Below, in pieces: positions 9,320 through 17,673 of a stretch of 64,000 bases of DNA. Below the pieces are notes generated by a model, which was given only the letters and a program-made list of their open reading frames with translations, made no database searches and was not told the origin of the DNA. The DNA is from an uncultured Thermotogaceae bacterium (GTDB lineage: Bacteria; Thermotogota; Thermotogae; MWEM01), in NCBI GenBank assembly GCA_964566085.1, contig CAZMHO010000001.1:3887-67886 (forward strand). Direction: 5' to 3'. Each line of letters starts with the position of its first letter. Positions within the stretch are counted from its first letter, which is position 1. The position numbers were made by a program, and so were the translations under genes.

Positions 9320-10647
9320 TATTTCTTCCCTCCCTTTAACGTGGCATGGAGTTTTTTCGCCAGTTTGAAATGCTTCACGTGTTCGATCTTCGACGGGCAG
9401 ACGTATGCGCAGCTTCCGCATTCGCAACAATTGAGCACCCCTTGCTCATAAGCCTCGTCGAACTTCTTGGCTTTGACCAGTTTCACCAGGCGATTCGGCT
9501 CCAGCCTGAGCGAGCAGGCCATAATACACCTTCCGCAATTGATACACGTCATCTCTTTGATCTCTGACACCATCTTCCCGGGTAGGGCCAGGATGCCGGA
9601 AGTCCCTTTCATCACCGGAATTGTTAAGTCCTTAACGGGAATACCCATCATCGGTCCTCCGAGAATCACCTTCCCGCCCCCTTCTTTTAGTCCGCCCGCG
9701 AGATCGATAATGCTTTGGATCGGGGTGCCGATTCGGACCCAATAGTTCCCAGGATGAGAGATTCCTTCCCCTGTGATCGTGAGGCCGCGTTCATAAAGCG
9801 GTTTCCCTTTCACAACCGCTTCATAGATCGCGTAAGCGGTCGCGACGTTATGGACGATTACTCCGATATGAATCGGGAATCCGCCGACTGGAACCTTTCG
9901 TCGAGTGATCGCATAGACCAGTTGTTTTTCTCCGCCTTGGGGGTATTTGGTTTTCAACAGGACCGGTTCGATCCGATCATTTTGGAACTTCTTTAGGGAT
10001 TCATAGGCTTCGATTTTATTGTCTTCGATTCCGATATACCCTTTTTGCGCGCCACAGACTTTCAAAAGGATTTCAAGACCGGCGACGACCTCTGCCGCGC
10101 GCTCGAGCATCAACCGGCCGTCGATTGTGAGGTAAGGCTCGCATTCCGCACCATTGAGGATGACATAATCGACGGCCTTCTTCATGGCTTCGACATATTT
10201 GAAGTGAGAAGGGAAGGTCGCGCCCCCCAATCCGACGATTCCGGCTTCTTTGATGCGTTCATACAAAAGCGTTTGGCTTTTTTCTTTATCGTAAGCCCTC
10301 CAATCGGTCAGAGGTTTGAGAAAATCGATTTGGTCCGTTTCGCTTTCGATAACGAACAATTCTTCAGGTTTCTGAGTGATCGGGTGCATCACCTTTTTGA
10401 TATCCGAGACAATACCCGTTACGGGCGAATGAAGCGGTACAGAGATAGGGTCCTGCGCTTCGGCGATCTTTTGTCCCGTTTTTACCGAATCGCCTTTTTT
10501 CACCAAAGCGGCGGGGGGTTTTCCGGTGTTTTGGTTAACGAACAGGTAAATGGTTTTCGGAACTGAAATTTCTTGAATAGGCTGGTTTTTCGCCAATTCT
10601 TTACGTTCAGGAGGATGTATTCCTCCGCTGAAAGATAGAATTGCCAA
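9319..10647 (-). CDS. rnfC: Rnf complex subunit C (NADH-binding, 2x[4Fe-4S])
   Basis: Two CxxCxxCxxxCP ferredoxin motifs (CINCGRCIMAC, CCECGSCAYVCP) and a SLBB/NADH-binding N-terminal region. Confidence 0.85.
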   Translation of the reverse strand: MAILSFSGGIHPPERKELAKNQPIQEISVPKTIYLFVNQNTGKPPAALVKKGDSVKTGQKIAEAQDPISVPLHSPVTGIVSDIKKVMHPITQKPEELFVIESETDQIDFLKPLTDWRAYDKEKSQTLLYERIKEAGIVGLGGATFPSHFKYVEAMKKAVDYVILNGAECEPYLTIDGRLMLERAAEVVAGLEILLKVCGAQKGYIGIEDNKIEAYESLKKFQNDRIEPVLLKTKYPQGGEKQLVYAITRRKVPVGGFPIHIGVIVHNVATAYAIYEAVVKGKPLYERGLTITGEGISHPGNYWVRIGTPIQSIIDLAGGLKEGGGKVILGGPMMGIPVKDLTIPVMKGTSGILALPGKMVSEIKEMTCINCGRCIMACSLRLEPNRLVKLVKAKKFDEAYEQGVLNCCECGSCAYVCPSKIEHVKHFKLAKKLHATLKGGKK

Positions 10648-10669
10648 GATATCTTCTCCCTTCGTTCTA

Positions 10670-11695
10670 CTATTTCAAGAATTTGCTTGTGAATGAATGG
10701 ACCATTATCTGGTATTTCTCCAAATTGAAAGCGGTAAACTCGGCATTATGGCTTTGGAAATCGATTTTTTTAAGCTCCGACAGTGCTCCCCAAACTTCCA
10801 TGCGATTGAAATCGCTATAAAAGGCCCGGTACGTTTTAAAATCCCGCAAAAACGCCTTCGCCTTGAAACTCGAGCGCGTGACAAAGGGTATCCCGAAATA
10901 CGAAGCCACGATGACTCCGTGCAGTCGTTCCGTGATGATGAGCGAACACGAGGCGATATCATCGATCAACTGGCCCCCTGCCGTTTGCGGAATGCGCACA
11001 GTAAAATACTTGGACAGAGCCGAAGCGTTCTGTTCCGCCAGTCTCAACTCTTCTTTGGGAAAGGAAACAAGCAGGTCGATCGCCTTGAACCCCTCGATCC
11101 TTAACGGTTCGATGAATTCCTCGATCGCTTTGACCGGGTATTTGAGCATCATACCGATCTTTTGAGGGTTTGCTCGGATTTTCTCTCGGCTGGAAAGAAT
11201 ACCGTAAGCCAAATCGGATCCTCTGGAATGACGGCTCGAAAAATGGGCTGCGTACCGAGCGGAAACGGCATCCCGAAAGTAACCGGTGCAGAGGGGGTGC
11301 GCCAATAGCTTCCGAATACGGCGATAATGAGACTGGCTGTGGATACCACCGATCCCATGCCCGAGCAGATAAACGGGTTTTCTATACCGAAATGCCGTCG
11401 AGACTAGAAAATCATAGTAAGAAAAGCTCTTCCCGCTGCTCTCGTCTTGAAATATCCCGCCTCCCCCGCCGATCACGATGTCACACGCCTTTAGGGCATG
11501 TAGGATGCTTAATAGCGAATTTCTTGGGATTTGTTTGATTCTTAATCCGAATACTTTACGAGAGCCTTTTTGAGGGAACAGCATATCGATGCGATCAACG
11601 GGAAGATCTTTTAGAAGCTTTTGCGCGCTTCTCAACAAGAGTTCGTCCCCGAAGTTCTCAAACCCGTAGTAACCGAATAAAAATACCCGAACCAA
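10670..11695 (-). CDS. Polysaccharide pyruvyl transferase (CsaB-like)
   Basis: YYGFENFGDELLL at the N-terminus and GGGGIFQD are PS_pyruv_trans motifs. TTG start with a strong RBS GAGGGGGAG. Confidence 0.6.
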   Translation of the reverse strand: MVRVFLFGYYGFENFGDELLLRSAQKLLKDLPVDRIDMLFPQKGSRKVFGLRIKQIPRNSLLSILHALKACDIVIGGGGGIFQDESSGKSFSYYDFLVSTAFRYRKPVYLLGHGIGGIHSQSHYRRIRKLLAHPLCTGYFRDAVSARYAAHFSSRHSRGSDLAYGILSSREKIRANPQKIGMMLKYPVKAIEEFIEPLRIEGFKAIDLLVSFPKEELRLAEQNASALSKYFTVRIPQTAGGQLIDDIASCSLIITERLHGVIVASYFGIPFVTRSSFKAKAFLRDFKTYRAFYSDFNRMEVWGALSELKKIDFQSHNAEFTAFNLEKYQIMVHSFTSKFLK

Positions 11696-11725
11696 AAAAT
11701 GTCTCCCCCTCTTTTTTCAGCGGAG

Positions 11726-11735
11726 ATTATAACAC
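11726..11735 (-). promoter_or_regulatory. Extended -10 promoter element (TGTTATAAT on minus strand)
   Basis: Plus-strand ATTATAACAC is GTGTTATAAT on the minus strand, about 30 nt upstream of the pyruvyl transferase start. Confidence 0.4.
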
Positions 11736-11928
11736 GTTTATCGGTAAATATCGGCGGTTCGGATGGCAGGACGATAGCCAACCTGGGATCATTCTGCTCC
11801 GTAACGGTCTATTATAAGCGCCGAATGCCGATTATTGTGCGCGTGAAACGGCGTCAACGGATGCGGGCAAGTGTTGAAACCGCTTCGCGAGCGGTTTTTC
11901 TTCGTCAAGCGCCCGTTTTAGGAACCTT

Positions 11929-13491
11929 TTATAGCTTTACCGGCATACGGCCTTTTGGCGTCCAATCGCCGGATAAGACTTGCATCAAACCTTTCAAATG
12001 ATACGGTGAGAGGCCGAAGGTTGCCAAGGCTGTCTTTGAGCGTGTGATCACGCTGATATCGTACGGGTCTCTCCCGCTGACGTGTAGGTTGTCCGGAAAC
12101 CAATCGCAGAGAGTGTTCAACAGATTTTGTATGCTCTGGGCAGGGTTTCGGCCCCTGGTTCGCGTGATGAGGATCATACGCGCCTCTTTTCCCTTGACGC
12201 GGTCTAAAATCTCTTTCGCGGACTCCGCGTAGGGCAAAGCATAATAGTCGAAGCGGTTAAAGCGTTCTCCAAAGGCTGTTTTCATATCGGAAGTCGTCGC
12301 GTTCTCTTCTCCGATTCCGGTGATGAACGGCATGAAGTCGAAAATAGTGATCTCTTCCTCTTTCTTATAGGGGTTTATCTCACCGTGATGCAGGACCATG
12401 CTCTCTCGAACCAGTTTCATGTCCAACTTTTCCGTTTTGCCCTCGAAGAAGTCCACGACTTGGCCAAAGGAGTAAGGTTGCCCCAGGCGCGACCCTTGCC
12501 CGGTGAGGCGGCTTCTGGTCCGTTCGATGCGTTCCAGGCTTTCCTGAACCCGCCGATAAGGGATCTCTCCTGTTTCAACAGCGGCGACGAACGCTTCCAT
12601 CGCTTTTCTTTGCCATTCCGGCGAGTGGCTGATGAGGATCAAATCCATCCCGGCATTGAAGGAACGGACCGTAGCCTGTTCCACTCCAAACCGTTCTTTC
12701 ATCGCGTTCATTTCCATACAGTCCGTGATCGTTAGCCCTTCGAATCCGATCTCGTTCCGGATGATATCGGTAATAAAGGCTTTCGATAATGTCGCAGGTT
12801 CAGCGCTTATCTGTGGATAGAGGATGTGCGCGCTCATGATCATATCCAATAAACCTTCTTGGACCAAAGCGGCGAATGGTCGCAGATGCTCTTCGATCTC
12901 TTCTCGGGGCCGATCGACGACAGGAAGGTCCAAATGGGAGTCCACTGTAGCGGCGCCATGACCCGGAAAATGTTTTCCCGCAGTCAGCAGGCCGGATAGC
13001 CTAAACCCTAACGCGTAAGGCTTTGCATATTCGATCACTTCATCGGCTCGGTCAGAAAAGGCCCTTGAGCCGATGATCGGGTTTCCCGTTTCGCTGTTGA
13101 CGTCCAGCACAGGACTCAAGACGGTATTGATCCCCACCGTGCGGAGTTCGTCTCCGATCGTTTGGGTCATGCGCCGCGCACTCTCGGGATTTCCCGTCGC
13201 CGCCAGACCCATGGCGTTGATCCCTCTCGTAACGCCTACCGTCAAGCGTTTGATGTCTCCGCCCTCTTCGTCTGACATAATGAAGGGTTCAAAGGGGAAG
13301 AGCTCTCGGACCAGTCGGGTGAGGTTCCATACCTGTAGGGGTTCTATGAGGTTCCGACCGAAGAAGATTATCCCCGAAACCCCTTTTCGTGACCATTCCA
13401 GGAGTTCAGGCGGAATCGCGCCCTTTTCAGCGTTCGCGCCAGCACCGAAAACAAAAAAACGACCTACGATTTCTCGAATTCCTTTTCTCAC
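11929..13491 (-). CDS. Glycoside hydrolase family 3 (beta-N-acetylhexosaminidase/beta-glucosidase-like)
   Basis: GH3 N-terminal domain motifs GINTVLSPVLDV...GSRAFSD and KHFPGHG, with the catalytic Asp region. Confidence 0.75.
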   Translation of the reverse strand: MRKGIREIVGRFFVFGAGANAEKGAIPPELLEWSRKGVSGIIFFGRNLIEPLQVWNLTRLVRELFPFEPFIMSDEEGGDIKRLTVGVTRGINAMGLAATGNPESARRMTQTIGDELRTVGINTVLSPVLDVNSETGNPIIGSRAFSDRADEVIEYAKPYALGFRLSGLLTAGKHFPGHGAATVDSHLDLPVVDRPREEIEEHLRPFAALVQEGLLDMIMSAHILYPQISAEPATLSKAFITDIIRNEIGFEGLTITDCMEMNAMKERFGVEQATVRSFNAGMDLILISHSPEWQRKAMEAFVAAVETGEIPYRRVQESLERIERTRSRLTGQGSRLGQPYSFGQVVDFFEGKTEKLDMKLVRESMVLHHGEINPYKKEEEITIFDFMPFITGIGEENATTSDMKTAFGERFNRFDYYALPYAESAKEILDRVKGKEARMILITRTRGRNPAQSIQNLLNTLCDWFPDNLHVSGRDPYDISVITRSKTALATFGLSPYHLKGLMQVLSGDWTPKGRMPVKL

Positions 13492-13557
13492 CGATCTCCC
13501 TCCTAAAGAAAGAGACGCGACAACGCGCGTCTCCGATCGATCGCATTTTTGGCCGCG

Positions 13558-14070
13558 CTATTCGGCTTCGAAGGCGATGAACTTGCTCCCCGGCACGCCG
13601 CAGACCGGACATTTATCGGGGACACCGTCTTCAGTGGTATGTCCGCAGACGGGGCAAATGTACACCTTTGCAGCCGTGTAGTCTTTTCCTTCGATAACGA
13701 GCGCTTTCGCTTTTTCATACATTTTTTGGTGGATCTTTTCCGCTTCTATGGCGTAATAATTGCTACGGATGGCTTCTTTCTCTCCTTGCAGCTTGGCGGC
13801 TTCCAAATAGACCGGGTACATTTCGCTGACCTCAAAGCTTTCCCCTTCGATCCCTGTTTGAAGGTTCTGTTCCATCGCGCCTAAGTATCCCAAGGCCATG
13901 AAGTGATTCTTCGCGTGGATGTATTCGGCTTTCGCGATCGCCCGAAATAGATTCGCCAGCTTCGGAAGGCCTTTCTTGACCGCTTCCTCCGCGAATATCG
14001 CGTACTTCATGTGCGCTTGGGATTCTCCCGCGAAGGCATCCATCAAAAATCTTTTGGTCATTTCTTTCAT
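13558..14070 (-). CDS. Rubrerythrin
   Basis: A di-iron ferritin-like domain (E...EXXH pairs) plus a C-terminal rubredoxin CPVCGH...CPVCG. RBS GGAGGA. Confidence 0.85.
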   Translation of the reverse strand: MKEMTKRFLMDAFAGESQAHMKYAIFAEEAVKKGLPKLANLFRAIAKAEYIHAKNHFMALGYLGAMEQNLQTGIEGESFEVSEMYPVYLEAAKLQGEKEAIRSNYYAIEAEKIHQKMYEKAKALVIEGKDYTAAKVYICPVCGHTTEDGVPDKCPVCGVPGSKFIAFEAE

Positions 14071-14154
14071 ATCTGATCCTCCTCACACTCGATATCGTTC
14101 GGCGCGTTTATTGCTACGCGCACGCCTCCGATTATATCACGACTTTTCATTCAG

Positions 14155-14168
14155 AGGTCATATGACCT
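14155..14168. promoter_or_regulatory. Perfect 14-bp palindrome AGGTCATATGACCT (candidate operator)
   Basis: Seen directly in the sequence. A half-site TGACCTT repeats 7 nt downstream. Lies in the divergent rubrerythrin/marR spacer. Confidence 0.3.
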
Positions 14169-14278
14169 TTATCTGACCTTTATCACTTAAAAACCGCATC
14201 TGTTTTTGATAGGATAGGAATGACGTGTTCAAACTCATTCATTCGCGCGTTTATGTAGTATCCTTATCGATTGTGGGA

Positions 14279-14306
14279 GAAGACCCTTTCGGGTCTTTTT
14301 TTTTTT
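14279..14306 (+). terminator. Orphan intrinsic terminator (GAAGACCC-TTTC-GGGTCTT + T10)
   Basis: A 7–8 bp GC-containing stem, a tetraloop, then 10 T. Oriented for the + strand, but no + strand gene lies upstream. Confidence 0.5.
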
Positions 14307-14315
14307 CGCTTTCTG

Positions 14316-14324
14316 TGCTATAAT
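14316..14324 (+). promoter_or_regulatory. Extended -10 (TGcTATAAT), probable marR promoter
   Basis: TGCTATAAT lies about 100 nt upstream of the marR ATG; the -35 is weak and T-rich. Confidence 0.4.
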
Positions 14325-14347
14325 GTCGCGTCTACAGTGCTGATCAA

Positions 14348-14380
14348 GTGTTGGAAAGGTTTTTAATGGTCTTTCAACAC
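14348..14380. promoter_or_regulatory. Inverted repeat GTGTTGGAAAG-N12-CTTTCAACAC (candidate MarR operator)
   Basis: 10/11-bp arms between the -10 element and the marR RBS. Confidence 0.35.
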
Positions 14381-14427
14381 GAATGTCAGGCCGAAGTGCC
14401 GAGCCGCTTTTTTGAAGGAGGAATGAG

Positions 14428-14892
14428 ATGACGGATCCTTACGAGAGGAACGATGTGCTGGCGACTCCCGTCGTTTTCGAAAGCCTCTTCGATATCGTCA
14501 GTTATTTCGCCGATTATTTTAAGCCGGCCGTTCAAATCAGAAACCTGAGAACTTCCGAACTCTTTCTTCTGCTTTACCTTTTTCTAAAAGGGCCCAAAAA
14601 CATGAATCAGCTCTCCCGTTTTCTCCATACGACGAAAAGTAATATGACCGCCTTGATCGACCATATGGAACGCCAGGATCTATTGAAGCGGGAGCATTCC
14701 AAAGCGGATCGGCGCGTTATCGATGTTTCGCTGAAAACAAAAGGCAAACAGATCTGCGAAGACGCCTCGGACGGTTTCAACATTTTGGTTCAGGAGTTCT
14801 TCAAAAAAGTAAAAAAAGAAGACCTACCTGTCATCTCTCACGGGTTTTTATGTCTTCATCAGTTGGCGACTCAGGGAAACGCGGAGGAATAA
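14428..14892 (+). CDS. MarR-family transcriptional regulator
   Basis: A winged-HTH ...MNQLSRFLHTTKSNMTALIDHMERQDLLKREHSKADRRVIDVSLTKKG; RBS GAAGGAGG. Confidence 0.75.
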   Translation: MTDPYERNDVLATPVVFESLFDIVSYFADYFKPAVQIRNLRTSELFLLLYLFLKGPKNMNQLSRFLHTTKSNMTALIDHMERQDLLKREHSKADRRVIDVSLKTKGKQICEDASDGFNILVQEFFKKVKKEDLPVISHGFLCLHQLATQGNAEE

Positions 14893-15900
14893 ATGAGGGA
14901 ATTGGCTTATATCGATTGCGGAACCTCCCAATTGCGCATCTTCTCATCCACGAAGGGAATCGTATGCGATGTCCCTTCTTACTTGGCGATCGAAAACAAC
15001 CGTATCGTTGCCTACGGAGAAGATGCAAAGGCGCTTTCAGGGAAAACGGGAAACGCCTTTGGGCTTTCTCCGATGTCCTTTATCGCCCAACCCGTTCAGA
15101 AGGGAAGCCTTTTTTACGACGGGCTGTTGGCTTCTTGGCTCGAGATTCTTCTCCAGAAAGAAGGGATTTTAGGTCCTTTCAGAAAACCGGTCGTGGTCTT
15201 TTCCGTCTCGCCGTTCATCAATACCGTAGAAAAGCGGGCGTTTATGAACATCGCCCATTCGATGCGGATACCCGGCATCTTCCTCTTACCCCACGCCTAC
15301 GCGATATATGGGGGCTTTCAAATCGATTTTCGTGAGAATAAAGCCCGCCTGATCATCGACGTCGGAGCCGGAAAGGTGGACGCCGCGGTTCTAAGCTCCG
15401 GCCGGATCATCGCGGGGAAAACAAAGAAAGGGCTCCTGGAAGAGAAACAGTCTTCTTTAGTGAGCGAGTTGAAAAAGAAGTATGAGATCGATATGGGAGA
15501 ACGGTCCCTATCGATGCTCGAACGATTTTTCACCCCGCGGGAAGAGGCCGATACGATCCTCTTGAACGGGAAAAGCAAAATAACCGGGCTTCCGGTCTCG
15601 ATCACAGTGGAAAAAACCGAAGCCGAACAATATCTCAACGAGTATGTCGAAGAAATTATCCAGCTCATTAAATCCGTAATCCAACCACTATCGCCGGAAA
15701 TTATCTCCGAACTCTTCGAAAGCAAAATCCTTCTAAGCGGCGGGGGCGTGTCTCACCGGAAGCTTCAGGAAGCGATACGCTCCGTCTTAAAATTGGATGC
15801 TTTGTCTCAAGAAAGCCCGGAAAACATCCCTTTGCTCGGTTTCTCTTTCCTCGATCAGATCGGTTGGCCGATCGTCAAACCTTTCTCGGAAAAACCATGA
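14893..15900 (+). CDS. Divergent MreB/Mbl-like actin-fold protein
   Basis: IDCGTS (phosphate-1-like), IIDVGAGKVD (phosphate-2) and LLSGGG (adenosine motif). Position directly upstream of flgF/flgG as in B. subtilis mbl-flhO-flhP. Start overlaps the marR stop. Confidence 0.55.
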   Translation: MRELAYIDCGTSQLRIFSSTKGIVCDVPSYLAIENNRIVAYGEDAKALSGKTGNAFGLSPMSFIAQPVQKGSLFYDGLLASWLEILLQKEGILGPFRKPVVVFSVSPFINTVEKRAFMNIAHSMRIPGIFLLPHAYAIYGGFQIDFRENKARLIIDVGAGKVDAAVLSSGRIIAGKTKKGLLEEKQSSLVSELKKKYEIDMGERSLSMLERFFTPREEADTILLNGKSKITGLPVSITVEKTEAEQYLNEYVEEIIQLIKSVIQPLSPEIISELFESKILLSGGGVSHRKLQEAIRSVLKLDALSQESPENIPLLGFSFLDQIGWPIVKPFSEKP

Positions 15901-16015
15901 AATCCCTCGCGTAGGATTTTCGATTCCCCTTAGCGAATAATGCATCAGGGAGCGATTAAAAGGCGTTCCCAATATTCGTTTTATCGCTATTTTCGGAGAT
16001 ACCGGGAGGAAGAAC

Positions 16016-16783
16016 GTGGTCAGAGGAATCTATACAGCCGTTATGGGAATGCTTGTCGATCAGGCAATCGTGGATAACGCCTCCAACAATCTTGCCAACG
16101 TGGATACAACCGGTTTCAAACGGGACACCCAAGCTTTCCGGTCTTATCTTCAGCACGAAATCCTACGGATCGAAGCGGAAGACGGCCGCCAAAAACGGAC
16201 GCCTCTTGGAACGCTCGAACGCGGCGTGACCTTGGACGAAGTCCGTACCGATCAGTCCCAAGGCGCTGTCGACATGACCGAAGTGAATACCGACTTCGCG
16301 ATCGACGGAGAAGGTTTCTTCGCGATTCGAAGGCCGAACGGGGAGGTTTACTATACTCGAAATGGGAACGCTAAAATCAACGTGCAGGGAATCCTTGTAA
16401 ACCATAATAACGATCCATTCCTGAATGATGCCGGAGAAACGATTCCGTTTACCGCGTTCTCCCTTGTCGACAATCAAGGCAATATCCTCCAGGACGGCGT
16501 GATCCAAGGGAGATTAGGCCTCTATTCTTTTGAATCCGCCCGTCACCTTGAGAAAGTAGGATACACCCTATATAAACCCACCCCGCGCTCCGGGGAACCG
16601 CAGGCGGATTTTGAAAGCGCGGTTTATCAAGGATACCAGGAAAAGGCCACCGTCAACGCCATAAGCGAAATGGTCACGTTAATCGCCGCGCAACGGCACT
16701 TCGATATCGCCCAAAAGGTGATCACGACGGAAGATCAACTTCTGGACGCGGCGATTAACAAGGTCGGGACGACCCGTTCTTAG
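16016..16783 (+). CDS. Flagellar basal-body rod protein (FlgF/FlhO-like)
   Basis: N-terminal IYTAVMGM...NNLANVDTTGFK and C-terminal ISEMVTLIAAQRHFDIAQKVITTEDQLLD are flagellar rod family motifs. GTG start with RBS GGGAGGA. Confidence 0.75.
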   Translation: MVRGIYTAVMGMLVDQAIVDNASNNLANVDTTGFKRDTQAFRSYLQHEILRIEAEDGRQKRTPLGTLERGVTLDEVRTDQSQGAVDMTEVNTDFAIDGEGFFAIRRPNGEVYYTRNGNAKINVQGILVNHNNDPFLNDAGETIPFTAFSLVDNQGNILQDGVIQGRLGLYSFESARHLEKVGYTLYKPTPRSGEPQADFESAVYQGYQEKATVNAISEMVTLIAAQRHFDIAQKVITTEDQLLDAAINKVGTTRS

Positions 16784-16838
16784 AGCTGAACGGAACTGAG
16801 TTAGAAATAAGGAATAAATATCTGAAAGAGGTGAGATT

Positions 16839-17633
16839 ATGATAACAGCCTTGTACAGCGGCGCGACCGGAATGACCGGTCAACAGCACAAGCTCGATAC
16901 GATCTCCAACAATCTGGCCAATACGGATACGACCGGTTTCAAGCGGGTGCGGACGGAGTTCGTCGATCTGTTTTATCAGTATTCTCAGAACGCGGGAGTT
17001 CCGGTGCTGGCGCAAACCTCTTCGTTGCCTTCCGGGGTGTACACCGGTTTGGGATCACGAGTAGCGGCGACGACCCGTATCTTTACGGAAGGGAACATCG
17101 AAGAGACGGGCAGCCAACTCGATGTGGCGATTTCGGGTGACGGGTTTATGCAAGTTCAGCTTCAGGACGGAACGACGGCATATACCCGCGACGGCGCGTT
17201 TAAGCTTGACAACGAAGGCGTTCTCGTACTCAATACCGGTTATCCGATCATCAACGAAACGATTATCGTTCCGACGGAAGCTGTAGCGATACAAGTCGCT
17301 TCCGACGGCACCGTTGCGGCAGTCTTCGCTGACGATACACTCGAGGTCTTAGGCCAGATACAACTCGTTAGATTTATCAACCCGACGGGCCTCGATGCGC
17401 TCGGGAATAACTTATACCGCGCGACTCCCGCTTCCGGAGAACCTCAGGAAGGTATCGCCAATCAGGATGGATTCGGGTCGTTCATACAGGGATATTTGGA
17501 AAAGTCGAATGTGAACGCTGTACGGGAAATGGTCAGTATGATCACTTCGCAACGCGCGTACGAGCTCAACTCCCGCTCTATCCAAACCGCGGATGATATG
17601 TTGAGAACGGTGTACGGATTGAAACGGAGCTAA
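16839..17633 (+). CDS. flgG: Flagellar basal-body rod protein FlgG (FlhP-like)
   Basis: ALYSGATGMTGQQ...SNNLANTDTTGFK and C-terminal NVNAVREMVSMITSQRAYELNSRSIQTADDML; RBS GAGGTGAG. Confidence 0.8.
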   Translation: MITALYSGATGMTGQQHKLDTISNNLANTDTTGFKRVRTEFVDLFYQYSQNAGVPVLAQTSSLPSGVYTGLGSRVAATTRIFTEGNIEETGSQLDVAISGDGFMQVQLQDGTTAYTRDGAFKLDNEGVLVLNTGYPIINETIIVPTEAVAIQVASDGTVAAVFADDTLEVLGQIQLVRFINPTGLDALGNNLYRATPASGEPQEGIANQDGFGSFIQGYLEKSNVNAVREMVSMITSQRAYELNSRSIQTADDMLRTVYGLKRS

Positions 17634-17673
17634 AGCGTGAAGTTTAGCTTCTAAAGCCCCTTTTAAGGAGTGG

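Noticed and set aside
13073-13681. 202-aa plus-strand ORF across the GH3 5' end
   Set aside because: It is antisense to a strongly supported GH3 gene and reads into the rubrerythrin terminator region, with no motifs.
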